DNA of 64,000 nt from an uncultured Fibrobacteria bacterium (lineage in GTDB: Bacteria > Fibrobacterota > Fibrobacteria > UBA11236): positions 1,344,001 to 1,408,000 of the forward strand of contig OY970309.1 of NCBI GenBank assembly GCA_963716395.1, read 5' to 3'. Position 1 is the first letter of the stretch; every line of letters begins with the position of its first letter. Below the pieces are notes generated by a model. The model was not told where the DNA came from, searched no databases, and was given only the letters and a program-made list of their open reading frames with translations. This document shows positions 17,711-27,918 of the stretch, piece by piece. The translations under genes were made by a program, and so were the position numbers.

Positions 17711-18637
17711 ATGAAGCTGGTGTTCCTGGGCACGCCGGATTTCGCCGTGCCCGCGCTGGAAGGGCTGGTCGCCGACGGCCACACCGTCTCCCTGGCGGTC
17801 ACCCAGCCCGACAAGCCCAAGGGCCGCGGACAAAAACCCGCCGCGCCGCCGGTCAAGCAGAAAGCCCGGCAACTCGGCATTCCCGTGCTCCAACCCGCCA
17901 CGCTCAAGAGCGGAGAGTTTCATGCCGCCATCGCCGCGCAGGCGGCGGACTTGCTGGTGGTGGTGGCCTTCCGCATCCTGCCCGCCGATTTGTTCGCCTT
18001 GACCCGTCTCGGCGCCGTGAACATCCACGCGTCGCTGCTGCCTAAGTATCGCGGGGCCGCCCCGATCGCATGGGCCATCGCCCAGGGCGAAACCGAGACC
18101 GGCGTCACGGTTTTCCAATTGGATCAAGACGTGGATCACGGAAAAATCCTGGCGCAGTCGACGACGCCCATCGGCCCCGAAGAAACCGCAGGCGACGTAT
18201 CGGAGCGCTTGAGCGCACTGGGCCGCGACCTTTTACGGCGTACCCTGGCCGAATGGGAGCAAGGACAGTTGGCGCCGCAGGAACAGAACCACGAGTTGGC
18301 CACGCCCGCACCCAAGCTGCGCAAAGAAGACGGCCGGCTCGACTGGTCCCGGCCCGCGGCCTGGCTCCACAACCGCATCCGGGCTTTCAACCCGTACCCG
18401 ATTTGTTACACCCGCGAATCCGTTTCCGGCCGCATCTTGCGCATCCACCGGGCGCAGGCGGTTCCGGATGGGGATGGCGCCCCCGGAAGACTGACCGTTG
18501 CCGGCGGGCATCCCGTCGTCGCGGCGGCCGACGGCCGACTGCGACTGCTCGAAGTGCAATGGGAAGGAAAACCGCGGATTTCGGGGCGCGATTTCGTCAA
18601 TGGCCTGCGAGGCGCCGAGGGAGTATCCTTCGCCTAG
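17711..18637 (+). CDS. fmt: Methionyl-tRNA formyltransferase
   Basis: FLGTPDFAV, TQPDKPKGRG, NIHASLLPKYRGAAPI. Confidence 0.97.
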   Translation: MKLVFLGTPDFAVPALEGLVADGHTVSLAVTQPDKPKGRGQKPAAPPVKQKARQLGIPVLQPATLKSGEFHAAIAAQAADLLVVVAFRILPADLFALTRLGAVNIHASLLPKYRGAAPIAWAIAQGETETGVTVFQLDQDVDHGKILAQSTTPIGPEETAGDVSERLSALGRDLLRRTLAEWEQGQLAPQEQNHELATPAPKLRKEDGRLDWSRPAAWLHNRIRAFNPYPICYTRESVSGRILRIHRAQAVPDGDGAPGRLTVAGGHPVVAAADGRLRLLEVQWEGKPRISGRDFVNGLRGAEGVSFA

Positions 18638-18966
18638 CCGGGTTGCTCGGGCACGAGCTTGTTGAACCAGCGGATCAGTTCGAATTTCTGATTGTCGTCC
18701 ATGGGCTGAAAGCTCACGCCGATGCCGCACAGCGGCGGTTCGTTGACCACCCAGACGATTTGCGCGTAGACGCCGTTCAAGTAAGGCTGGTAGGGGCTTT
18801 GCAGATAAATGACCTCACCGGTCTGCCACCCGAAGGCGCCTTCGAGAAAACATCCTCCGAGATTGACGTTGAGCAGGCGGGAATCGGCCTGCATTCCGTT
18901 GGCGGCGGTGAGGCGGATAAAAGCCGCCGCCGGCCAGCGCGTTTCATTACGGCGTTCGGCCTGCAT
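18634..18966 (-). CDS. Stand-alone PilZ-domain protein
   Basis: RxxxR (RNETR), NVNLGG, AQIVWV...GIGVSF. Confidence 0.85.
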   Translation of the reverse strand: MQAERRNETRWPAAAFIRLTAANGMQADSRLLNVNLGGCFLEGAFGWQTGEVIYLQSPYQPYLNGVYAQIVWVVNEPPLCGIGVSFQPMDDNQKFELIRWFNKLVPEQPG

Positions 18967-19035
18967 GGAATGCCTCCTGCCGAAGATTGTACCCTTCGGC
19001 GGGCGACAAAATCCAGCCGGATGCCGCGGGGTTGT

Positions 19036-19719
19036 TTAGGCCGCGACTTCCGCTTCGGAAGCCTGTTCCTGCTTGGATTTGCATTCAATGCACATTTTGG
19101 CCGTGGGTACGGCTTCGAGGCGCGCCTTGGGAATCAGCTTGCCGCATTTTTTACAGATGCCGTAGACGCCTTGGCGTACGCGATCGAGTGCTTCTTCGAG
19201 ATAAAACAGGTAACGGCCTTCGCGGCTGGCCATGTGAAAGGCCTGTTCGCGATCCTGGGTTTCGGTGGCGTGATCGGCCAGATGGTAAGCATGGCTGGAA
19301 AGATCGCCCGCACCTTCTTTGGCATTGAGGCGCATGGTGTTGTCTTCGAGATAGCCCAGCTCTTGCAGCAAGGTTTCTTTTTTCTCGTTCAACAGATTTT
19401 CGAAGTATTTCAACTCTTCCCGATTCAAGCGGTTGCGTCCTTTGTTCTCCGGCACTTTGGCTTTTCCTTTGGATGGCGTCGAGGAAGCGGCTTGGGCTCC
19501 GACCTTGGGTTTGACGGGAGCGGGCGGCTTCACGGCTACGGGTTGCGCCGCGGCTTTTTTATCGGCAACGGGTTTCGGTTTCTGAAGAGCGGTGCGTTTG
19601 GCCGCGGGTTTTTTGGCGGCGGCCGGCTTCGGGGCCTTGGGAGCAACCTTGGGGGCGGATTTGGACTTCGGCTTGGAAGCCGGCTTCGAGGGGGTTGCCT
19701 TGCGCTTGGATTTTTTCAT
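19036..19719 (-). CDS. dksA: TraR/DksA family C4 zinc-finger regulator with Lys/Ala/Pro-rich N-terminal extension
   Basis: HLADHAT coiled-coil tip; YGICKKC...RLEAVPTAKMCIEC; ATGA overlap with ileS. Confidence 0.88.
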   Translation of the reverse strand: MKKSKRKATPSKPASKPKSKSAPKVAPKAPKPAAAKKPAAKRTALQKPKPVADKKAAAQPVAVKPPAPVKPKVGAQAASSTPSKGKAKVPENKGRNRLNREELKYFENLLNEKKETLLQELGYLEDNTMRLNAKEGAGDLSSHAYHLADHATETQDREQAFHMASREGRYLFYLEEALDRVRQGVYGICKKCGKLIPKARLEAVPTAKMCIECKSKQEQASEAEVAA

Positions 19720-22700
19720 ACAAGGTCCTTTCCTTTGCTTGCGGTGCGGTCCTCCGCCCCTGATGAATTTTCGTGTGACCGGATCGGATGCAGGGAGATC
19801 AGCGCTGTCTCGCCATCCGCCTCCATCGCGCAGAAAACGTTCGGGTCTTCCGTGGCGTCCAGGCGGAAAACTACCGCCAAAACCTCGGCGGAAATATAGG
19901 AAGAATGGGTCATTAGCGCCTTGCGTAAAAGCGGTGTGGGGTTCTGTACACCCACCCGAATGACATCGGTCACGGTCAGTCCGCTTTCTTTGCGCAGCGT
20001 TTGAATACGGTTCACGGTTTCGCGGGCCAGCATTTCCAGGCGCAAGGGTTCGTCAACGGTGGTGTCGAGCGCCACGGTCAAATCTGGCGAAGCGGCCACC
20101 GTCAGGCCCGCGCGCACCGAGCGTATGATTTGCAGGTCTTCGGCCGCCAGTTCGTTTCCCAGCACTGGAAGTTTTCCGGCCTTCAGCGCGGCGACGATAT
20201 CGGCATGGCCCAAGTCGGCCACGGCGTCGGCCACGGCTTTCATCGATTTTCCCAGCCGCGGCCCCAGGGTTTTGAAATTGGCCTTGGCCTGATAGGTCAC
20301 GAAGGCGGATTCGTCGCGAAGAATCACGACCTCTTTTACATTCAACTCTTCGCGGATGAGGTCTTCCAGCGATTGCAATTGACCCATGGCTGTTTCGCCG
20401 CGGGCCACCACCAGCAATTGCCGCAACGGCTGGCGGTGTTTCAAATTCTTTTCGGCCCGCAGCGAACGCCCCAGATTCACGGCCTGGCGCGCCAGCGCCA
20501 TCTTGGCGTTCAGCGCTTCGTCATGCACCGCCGGGTCGAAGGCGGGAAAATCGCAATGGTGCACCGAAACCGGAACCTGGCCGGGCGGCAACACTTCGCG
20601 CACCAACACCTGGTAAATCTCTTCGGACAGAAAAGGCAAAAATGGCGCCAGCACCTGGGAGAAATCGACCAAGACGCGGTACAGCGTGGCATAGGCCGCG
20701 TTCTTATCCTGATCGTTTTCAGATTTCCAAAAGCGACGGCGCGACCGGCGGATGTACCAGTTGGTCAAATCGTCGATAAAAGCGACCAAGGCGGGCACGA
20801 CGTTGTAGAGGCGGTAGCCTTCCATTTCCGCGGCCACGCGTTGCAGCAGCGCTTGCAGATCCGAGAGAATCCAGCGATCCAATTCATGCGGCGAGACGGC
20901 CGCGCCGGCCGTTGGCTTCCAGGTCAACTGGCCTTTGGAAGCGTCGGCATTGGCATAGGTGACGAACAGAGACAGTGCATTCCACAGCGGCAGCAGTACG
21001 GCGCGCACCAGGTTTTTCACCCCGGTTTCCGAGAACTTGAGTTCTTCGCCTTTGACCGCGGCCGAGTCGATCATGAACAGCCGCACCGCGTCGGCGCCCA
21101 CACGTTCGACCAGTTCCAGGGGATCGGGATAATTGCGCAAGCGTTTGCTCATTTTCTGGCCGTCTTCGGCCAGAATGATTCCATTCACGATCACGTTTTT
21201 CATGGCGGGCTTCTGGAACAGGGCCGCGGCCAGCACGGTCAAGGTGTAAAACCAGCCCCGCGTTTGATCCAACCCTTCGGCGATGAAGTCGGCCGGGAAA
21301 CAGGCGTCGAGGCCTGCGGGGTTCTCGAAGGGAAAGTGGTTTTGCGCATAGGGCATCGAACCCGATTCGAACCAGCAGTCGAGCACTTCGGGCGTGCGCC
21401 GGTAGAGCTTGCCGTTGGGGTCGAAGGTTTTTTTGTCGGTGGTGCGAATCGTCACGGAATCGACCACATGCTTGTGCAGGTCGCCGACCGGCGTGCCCGA
21501 CAGGGCTTCGAGCTCGGCGCGGCTGCCGACGCAAATGGCGTCGCCGTCTTCGGCCAGCCAGATGGGAATGCAGGTGCCCCAGAAGCGGTTGCGCGACAGG
21601 TTCCAGTCGCGCGCGCCTTCCAGCCATTTGCCGAAGCGGCCGTCGCGGATATGCTCGGGCACCCAGCGGATTTGCCGGTTGCAGTCGATCATCCACTCCT
21701 TGAGCGTCTTGGTTTCGCCGTCGGCCGAGGTGATCGGCTTGTCCACCGCCAAGAACCAGTTCTTGAGCGCGCGGTACAAAAGCGGAACGTCGGTGCGCCA
21801 GCAATGGGGATAACTGTGTTCCAGCGTTTCGTGGCGGAACACGCGGCCTTCGGATTTCAGCCGGTGCAATATGCTTTTGTCGGCGTCTTTGGCGCCGATG
21901 CCGGTCCATTCGGGCACGAGATGGGTGAAGCGGCCTTCGGCGTCGAGCGGATCGAAAAGCCCCAGGCCTTCGCGCAGGCCGAGCTGAAAATCCTCTTCGC
22001 CGAAACTCGGGGCGATATGCACCGCGCCCGTGCCGTCGGCGTCGCTGACGAAATCGGCGACGAGCAGGGTGTATTGCTTTTCCGACAGATACGGCGCGTA
22101 CTGGAACAAGGGCCGGTAGCGACGGCCGGCCAGGGCCTGGCCTTGCACCTTGTCGAGCACGGGATCGTCGTCGGCGAAATAGGCGGCGCGGCGCGATTCG
22201 GCAATCCAATATTTGCGCCCTTCCCGCGCAACGAGGGAATATTCCAGATTGCCGCGAATGGCCACGGCCAAATTGCTGGGCAAGGTCCAGGGCGTGGTGG
22301 TCCAAGCCAGCAGGGCTTCGTCCGAACCTTCCAGCGGAAAGATCACGGTGACCGAAGGATCCTGCCGCAAGCGGTAGCCCTGGTTGACTTCGAAGTTACT
22401 GAGCGGCGTGGCCAAGGCCGGACTGTAGGGCTGAATGCGGTAGCCCTGGTAGATGAGACCCCGTTCGAAACATTGCTGGAACACCCACCACACCGACTCC
22501 ATGAACGAAAGGTCCATGGTTTTATACTCGTGATCGAAATCAACCCAACGCCCCATGCGCGTCACGGTTTTGCGCCATTCCCGGGTATACTTGAGCACGC
22601 CCGCGCGGCAGGCTTCGTTGAACTTTTCCACACCGAACGTTTCGATGTCGCGCACGGTGTTGAGCCCGAGTTGATCCTGAATCAGGTTTTCAATCGGGAC

Positions 22701-22976
22701 TCCGTGGCAATCCCAGCCGAAGCGGCGTTCGACCCGAAAGCCTTTCATGGTCCAATAGCGCGGCACGATGTCTTTGATGGTGCCGGCCAGAAGATGGCCG
22801 TAATGCGGCAGGCCGGTGGCGAAAGGCGGGCCGTCGAAGAACACGAAGCGGCGATCGGCGGGACGCCGGCGCACGCTTTCCTGAAAGGCCCGATCCTGTT
22901 CCCACAGCGCGAGAATACGCTCTTCCATGGCGCTGAAGCGAACTTCGGGGTCAACGGATCGGAACAGCATCGTCAT
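19716..22976 (-). CDS. ileS: Isoleucine--tRNA ligase (type 2)
   Basis: DGPPFATGLPHYGH, GWDCHG, WTTTPWTLPSN, EGLDQTRGWFY, KMSKR. Confidence 0.98.
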   Translation of the reverse strand: MTMLFRSVDPEVRFSAMEERILALWEQDRAFQESVRRRPADRRFVFFDGPPFATGLPHYGHLLAGTIKDIVPRYWTMKGFRVERRFGWDCHGVPIENLIQDQLGLNTVRDIETFGVEKFNEACRAGVLKYTREWRKTVTRMGRWVDFDHEYKTMDLSFMESVWWVFQQCFERGLIYQGYRIQPYSPALATPLSNFEVNQGYRLRQDPSVTVIFPLEGSDEALLAWTTTPWTLPSNLAVAIRGNLEYSLVAREGRKYWIAESRRAAYFADDDPVLDKVQGQALAGRRYRPLFQYAPYLSEKQYTLLVADFVSDADGTGAVHIAPSFGEEDFQLGLREGLGLFDPLDAEGRFTHLVPEWTGIGAKDADKSILHRLKSEGRVFRHETLEHSYPHCWRTDVPLLYRALKNWFLAVDKPITSADGETKTLKEWMIDCNRQIRWVPEHIRDGRFGKWLEGARDWNLSRNRFWGTCIPIWLAEDGDAICVGSRAELEALSGTPVGDLHKHVVDSVTIRTTDKKTFDPNGKLYRRTPEVLDCWFESGSMPYAQNHFPFENPAGLDACFPADFIAEGLDQTRGWFYTLTVLAAALFQKPAMKNVIVNGIILAEDGQKMSKRLRNYPDPLELVERVGADAVRLFMIDSAAVKGEELKFSETGVKNLVRAVLLPLWNALSLFVTYANADASKGQLTWKPTAGAAVSPHELDRWILSDLQALLQRVAAEMEGYRLYNVVPALVAFIDDLTNWYIRRSRRRFWKSENDQDKNAAYATLYRVLVDFSQVLAPFLPFLSEEIYQVLVREVLPPGQVPVSVHHCDFPAFDPAVHDEALNAKMALARQAVNLGRSLRAEKNLKHRQPLRQLLVVARGETAMGQLQSLEDLIREELNVKEVVILRDESAFVTYQAKANFKTLGPRLGKSMKAVADAVADLGHADIVAALKAGKLPVLGNELAAEDLQIIRSVRAGLTVAASPDLTVALDTTVDEPLRLEMLARETVNRIQTLRKESGLTVTDVIRVGVQNPTPLLRKALMTHSSYISAEVLAVVFRLDATEDPNVFCAMEADGETALISLHPIRSHENSSGAEDRTASKGKDLV

Positions 22977-23062
22977 TACCGGGAATCCGCAAATTTAACA
23001 CGGCGGAGAGCGAAGCCGGAGTGCCGGCGGGCCTTTCAACGCGGGATGTCCGGCCGGCCGGG

Positions 23063-24019
23063 TTAGCGTGTGTAAACGAATTTGCCCAAGATGTGATCGG
23101 AACTGCGCACGAAATAGACGCCGGAGGGAGCCGCGCCGCCCGTGCGGCTTTTGCCGTTCCAGGAATAGAGGTAACCGCTGGGATACAAGACCGCGGTTTT
23201 GCGGCCGAACATGTCAAACAAATCCAGCGGTTCGCCGCGGTTGGCCAAATCGGAACCAGTGCGAATCCACACCACTCCATCCTGCTGCCAGGCGGCGAAG
23301 CCATCGCCGGACGCGCGTGCCGCCGGAGAAACCGCCGCGCCGCCTTCGATGCCAAAGGACAGTTTCACAGTTTGAATGTAAAGGTAGGGCCGGTGATTGG
23401 CGTCTACCGGCTTCGACAGCCAGCCGTTGGCGATGAACATGAGCGTGTCGAGTTTGGCCGAGTCGAGCGGCCCTACGGTTTCACCCAAATACCCGATGCT
23501 GTCCGACCAGAGACCCGTGGTCGGACTTTTCACCGAATCGTCGAGGTAGGCGTTGCCGTACCAGTTTTCGAAATCATTGCTGGTCTTGATGCGGCCAAGA
23601 TAAAAGTTCAGCGTCGCAGCATTGTCGGGATAGAAGCCGAACCACTCCCAATACTCGGGATGGTTTTGCAGCGGCGTGGACGAATCGAAGAGTTGAATGC
23701 GGGGGTAATTTTCCGTCACCGTGGCGAAGGCATGGGTGAGTGTGTCGTTTTCCCAATAGGTGATCTTGGCCGGTGTGGTGGTGTCGGTGCAATTGGGTTT
23801 GAAGGCTACGGGATACTTATAGGCCATATAACTGGCATAATTCAGCGTGTCGAGATTGGATAAATCAGTCTTCAAATTCTTCACGGTGCTGGTGAGATTG
23901 CTCGTGGGCCCGGAGCGCATGATTTGCACCGCGGCCTGAAGCGCGAATGTGTCGTTGCAGGTTTGCGCCCGCCCCAGCGCAGCGGCCCCCAAGACCCCGA
24001 TCCAAAGTACGGATTTCAT
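23063..24019 (-). CDS. Secreted protein with C-terminal FlgD-Ig/T9SS-type sorting domain
   Basis: GGAG RBS, signal MKSVLWIGVLGAAALGRA, tail LFDMFGRK...WNGK...APSGVYFVR. Confidence 0.8.
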   Translation of the reverse strand: MKSVLWIGVLGAAALGRAQTCNDTFALQAAVQIMRSGPTSNLTSTVKNLKTDLSNLDTLNYASYMAYKYPVAFKPNCTDTTTPAKITYWENDTLTHAFATVTENYPRIQLFDSSTPLQNHPEYWEWFGFYPDNAATLNFYLGRIKTSNDFENWYGNAYLDDSVKSPTTGLWSDSIGYLGETVGPLDSAKLDTLMFIANGWLSKPVDANHRPYLYIQTVKLSFGIEGGAAVSPAARASGDGFAAWQQDGVVWIRTGSDLANRGEPLDLFDMFGRKTAVLYPSGYLYSWNGKSRTGGAAPSGVYFVRSSDHILGKFVYTR

Positions 24020-24341
24020 CGCCGACTCCTGACGCGGGCGAGTTGCCCACTGCCCACTGATAAGGTAAGCAATTCCGCCGGGGCGCGCTTCCGGTGGCTT
24101 TGCGGCTGCGGTAGAGGGAAGAAACATGGGAATGGGTGCGAAAGACGGCGACCTCCATTTAACTTTGCGGCGTGTTGCCAGCCACGCTGCGGAGTCGGTT
24201 GTCCGGTTCGCGCCCGACCACCGCAATTTCCCATCCATTCGTAATTATTTCGTCCTTTCGCCGGGAAAATCCATGCAGTCAATGTGATGGCGGCAGCTGG
24301 AATGAGGTCCTCGCAGCCAGGAGCGGAAGGGGAAATTTGGC

Positions 24342-25460
24342 ATGGGATTGAAGCCGGATTTCAAATCCACCGCGCTTTCGGCCCAGGCGGCGGCCCATGA
24401 AGTCGGTCAAATCCTGGTACTATGCCCCATCGGCTTGGGAAATTTCCTTTTGTGCTTGCCGGCCCTGCGCAGTCTCTCCCAGACGGTGGGCCCACAGAGA
24501 CTTTCTGTGCTGGCTTTGAAACCCGCCATTGCCACCATGGCCCGGGGCAGCGGACTATGCGGCGAAGTTTTGGCCTGGGATCCGGATCGCGAAGGAATCC
24601 TCCGCGGCCTCGCTTTGTTGCGAACCTTGCGCGCTCGGCGTTGCAGCCGAAGTGTGGCGCTTTTTCCCACCGGCCATTGGAAGTTCGCCGCGTTGCAATT
24701 TTTGTCCGGAGCGCGCCGGCGTCTGGGGTTCGCGTATCCGCATCAAAGGGCCTCGGCCTGGGTGCAACACCATTCCCTGCCCGTGCAAGACCAACATGAT
24801 GTGGCCCAGAATCTGCGACTGATCGAGTTTTTTTTGGGCCGGAAATTGGCCGAAGCCGGCTCGCCTTTCTTTCCCCTGCCACCGGAATATCCCGCCGGCT
24901 TGAACCGGGAGGAAAAATTTTTTGCCTGCCATCCCGGGTCGAGCGCGGAGCGCGGCATGGCGGAAAAGCGCCTGCCCGCCCTCGTTTTCGCGGAATTGAT
25001 TCGCCGCATCCACTATGAAACCGGGTGGTCCTGCGTCTTGGTGGGAGGCTCCGAGGAACAAAGCCTGCGTGCCGCCGTCGCCGCGGAATGCCCGGAGGCC
25101 ATCCTGCCCGTGTCTGCGGCCTCGCTGCCGGAAACCGCGGGCCTGCTGCAACGCGCCCGCCTTTTCCTAGGGAACGACAGCGGGCTCATGCATCTCGCCG
25201 CGGCTGTGGGTACGCGCTGCGCGGCTTTTTTCGGACCCACCGACGAACGCCGCACCGGGCCCTTCGGCTATTGGGAAGATCTCGCCGGGCAGCCGCGGCA
25301 TCTCATTCTTCGCCGCGGCGAACTGACGTGCGCCCCCTGTTGGACGGTGCGCACCCTGGGTAACAACCCTCCCTGCATTTACGGGGATACGCGCTGCTTG
25401 CGTGACTTCGGCGCCGAAGGGATTTGGAAACGACTCCGGGATTGGATTGGGAGTCTGTGA
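24342..25460 (+). CDS. Glycosyltransferase family 9 (LPS heptosyltransferase-like)
   Basis: GLGN...PAL, HPGSS..EKR, GNDSGLMHLAAAVG...FFGPT. Confidence 0.92.
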   Translation: MGLKPDFKSTALSAQAAAHEVGQILVLCPIGLGNFLLCLPALRSLSQTVGPQRLSVLALKPAIATMARGSGLCGEVLAWDPDREGILRGLALLRTLRARRCSRSVALFPTGHWKFAALQFLSGARRRLGFAYPHQRASAWVQHHSLPVQDQHDVAQNLRLIEFFLGRKLAEAGSPFFPLPPEYPAGLNREEKFFACHPGSSAERGMAEKRLPALVFAELIRRIHYETGWSCVLVGGSEEQSLRAAVAAECPEAILPVSAASLPETAGLLQRARLFLGNDSGLMHLAAAVGTRCAAFFGPTDERRTGPFGYWEDLAGQPRHLILRRGELTCAPCWTVRTLGNNPPCIYGDTRCLRDFGAEGIWKRLRDWIGSL

Positions 25461-25478
25461 TATACGTCGCGTATACGA

Positions 25479-26078
25479 TTAAATCGGCACGCGGCCCAGC
25501 AAATCCCAAAAGCGAACAGCCAATTTGGTGATAAAGGGATCGAGTTTTGAATCGAAGCGCGCGCCTTTCAGGGTCTGCAACCCTTCGCGGGCATAGAAGG
25601 CGCTTTTCTCCGCCTGCTCCTGTAAGGCGTAAATTTCGGAGAGCACGCGGTTGGTTTCGAGCCAAGCCGGCAGAAAAGAAGCCTGGCCGCGGCTTTCGAC
25701 CAGTTCTTTGGCCACCAAACGCGCTTCTTCGTAATACTCGAGAGCCGCCTGGGGTCGCGACTGCGCGCGCGCCAAGGCGATGTTGTCTTCGAACAAAGCG
25801 GGGCCGAACTCCCATTCGCGATAGTGAAAGAAAAGCCGATGCCGCAGGTCGCGTTGATTCTGCAGCGCTTCCAGATCCGAAGGGGTTTTTGCTTCCTCGC
25901 TTTCTCCCGCCCAATCCTCGCCCAGCCGCGTCATGGCGGTTTGCAAAGACGGAAAGGCGAGGCTGGGTTCGGGGTGGTACGAGAAAGAACCGGGGGCTTC
26001 GACTAAGCTCATCCAAACGGAACGGGAAGAAAAGTAGGACATGATATCTAGTGTCTCCTTGGCAGGAGAATACAACAT
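25479..26078 (-). CDS. Hypothetical helical (TPR-like) protein
   Basis: ORF with amphipathic helices (AALEYYEEARLVAKEL). Start codon uncertain. Confidence 0.6.
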   Translation of the reverse strand: MLYSPAKETLDIMSYFSSRSVWMSLVEAPGSFSYHPEPSLAFPSLQTAMTRLGEDWAGESEEAKTPSDLEALQNQRDLRHRLFFHYREWEFGPALFEDNIALARAQSRPQAALEYYEEARLVAKELVESRGQASFLPAWLETNRVLSEIYALQEQAEKSAFYAREGLQTLKGARFDSKLDPFITKLAVRFWDLLGRVPI

Positions 26079-26207
26079 CTAGTATGCATCTTCATTATAA
26101 AAATTCCCAATTACGCCTTAAAAAACTCATAAACGGCGGAATATTCCGCGGATTGAGTTGGGGAGTTTTGGGAACTTAGGAGTTGTGAGTTTGGCGAAGC
26201 CGAGCCG

Positions 26208-26819
26208 TCAGTCTTTGGCTTTTCGCAAGAGCCAAATCTCTTCTTTACCCGCGCGTTCGGGAACGCTTTTTTTCGGAGGAATGCGCTCTTCGATTTCGAG
26301 CACACCATCCAAGCGCGCCATGAGTTCGCCTTCGGAAGTGGGATGCGGCGGGCCGTCCAACGACGTGGAGCGAATCAGCGGATAGAAGATGGCGATCACC
26401 ACGCCGTTGGGCCGCAGCATTTTGTCCCAAACCTCGAAATATTCGTCGCGCCGTCCCGGGTGAATGGCGCTGAAGCAGCCGTACTCGTAAATGATGTCGA
26501 AAGGTTCGGTGCTCTTGGGGCTGAGTTCGAAAAGATCGATGTTGAGCACCGAGAGCTTGGGGTGCTTTTCGGCCAAGGCCGACAAGGCGCCCACCGCGGT
26601 TTGCGCGAAATCGACGGCCAGGGTTTCATGCCCGCGCTGCGCCCAAGCCGCGGCGTCGAGTCCGCGGCCCGCTCCCGGAACCAGCACGCGTCCCTTTTTG
26701 GGGCATAACGCGTGCTTGAAAAATTCCTGCAAGACGGGATTCACCTTGCCCAGATCCCACAGGTCTTTTTTGGTCTGGTACAGCGATTCCCAATACTCGG
26801 GAAGATTTTGCGTGAGCAT
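26208..26819 (-). CDS. TPMT/thiol-methyltransferase family SAM-dependent methyltransferase
   Basis: YWESLY..WDLG, RVLVPGAGRGLD, FDIIYEYGCFSAIHP, GPPHP. Confidence 0.9.
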   Translation of the reverse strand: MLTQNLPEYWESLYQTKKDLWDLGKVNPVLQEFFKHALCPKKGRVLVPGAGRGLDAAAWAQRGHETLAVDFAQTAVGALSALAEKHPKLSVLNIDLFELSPKSTEPFDIIYEYGCFSAIHPGRRDEYFEVWDKMLRPNGVVIAIFYPLIRSTSLDGPPHPTSEGELMARLDGVLEIEERIPPKKSVPERAGKEEIWLLRKAKD

Positions 26820-27866
26820 CTAGGCGACCTTTGGAAGGGGGATGGCAAGCTGCCCGCAGGCGGCAAGAATGTCGGGACCGCGCGGGCGGCGGCGTAAAAC
26901 CTCGTAATCGCCTTGGCGCAAGATGGCTTCAAAGGCGCGCATTTCCTCTTCTTCGGGCGGTTGCAGCGCCGCATCGTCGCCGCGATTCAGGGGAATGAGG
27001 TTGATTTTGCAATGCCGGTGGGCCGCGATGCGCTTCAATTCGCGCGCGGCTTCTTCGCTACAGGTGCGTCCGCGAATGAGAATGTATTCGAAGGTCAAGG
27101 TCTGGCCCGTGAGCCGGATGTATTCGTCGGCGGCGGCCAGCAACGCCGCGAGATTCCAGCGGCGGTTCACCGGCATCAGGGCCGAGCGCATGGCGTCGTT
27201 GCTGCCGTTCAAACTGATGGCCAGCTTGTAATCGGGCGCGCGCTGCGCCCACTCCAGAATTTTGGGAACAATGCCCGAGGTGGAAACCGTGATATGGCTT
27301 TTGCCAATGCCGAAGCCGTCTTCGGCCGACAGGGTTTCGCAGGCCCGGGCCACGTTTTCGAGATTGTGCAGCGGCTCGCCCATGCCCATGAAAATCACAT
27401 TGGTGACGCGCGATCCATCGCTTGCGAGGAGAAAGCGGTTGGCCCAATACACCTGTTCGAGAATTTCGCCCAAGGTCAGATTGCGCACGAATCCCATGGA
27501 CGCGGTGCGGCAAAAGGTGCAGCCCATGGCGCAGCCGATTTGCGAGGATACGCAGAGCGAACGCCGGGATTCGGTGGGAATGAGCACGGTTTCGAAAACA
27601 TGTCCGTCTTCGGTTTCCAAGGCCCATTTGCGCGTTCCGTCGAGGCTGACCTGGCAAGCGCGTTCACGTAGAACCGAAACCGCGGCCTCTTGCTGCAAAG
27701 TTTCGATTAATTTCTTGGGGAGGTTGGTCATGCGCGGGAATTCGGATTCCCGACGGCGAAAAACCCAGTCGCGGATTTGGCGCGCGCGATAACGGGGCTC
27801 GCCTTGAGAAACGGCGAAATCAGCGAGTTCTTCGACCCCGATGTTCAACAGGTGTTTTTTTTGCAT
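26820..27866 (-). CDS. rlmN: 23S rRNA (A2503-C2)/tRNA methyltransferase, radical SAM
   Basis: CVSSQIGCAMGCTFC, FMGMGEPLHN, AACGQL. Confidence 0.97.
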   Translation of the reverse strand: MQKKHLLNIGVEELADFAVSQGEPRYRARQIRDWVFRRRESEFPRMTNLPKKLIETLQQEAAVSVLRERACQVSLDGTRKWALETEDGHVFETVLIPTESRRSLCVSSQIGCAMGCTFCRTASMGFVRNLTLGEILEQVYWANRFLLASDGSRVTNVIFMGMGEPLHNLENVARACETLSAEDGFGIGKSHITVSTSGIVPKILEWAQRAPDYKLAISLNGSNDAMRSALMPVNRRWNLAALLAAADEYIRLTGQTLTFEYILIRGRTCSEEAARELKRIAAHRHCKINLIPLNRGDDAALQPPEEEEMRAFEAILRQGDYEVLRRRPRGPDILAACGQLAIPLPKVA

Positions 27867-27918
27867 GCACGTTGAAATGTAATAAATTCAACAGGTTGCA
27901 TAAACTGAACATCGGTGC

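Noticed and set aside
19716-22976. Type 2 IleRS as an acquired mupirocin-resistance gene
   Set aside because: It sits in a core ileS-dksA context with host-like composition and no mobility genes. Type 2 is the normal housekeeping form in many lineages.
20001-23066. 1021-aa + strand ORF (and similar long antisense ORFs at 3919-5049, 18070-19899, 33541-34539, 58871-60760)
   Set aside because: Antisense shadows of well-supported genes (ileS, reductase, dksA/PilZ, ettA, TonB receptor). Expected with high-GC codon bias and lacking recognisable motifs.
26208-27866. rlmN TAG immediately followed in frame by the TPMT ATG, suggesting a readthrough fusion
   Set aside because: Both proteins are full-length alone. 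Stop-start adjacency is ordinary translational coupling.
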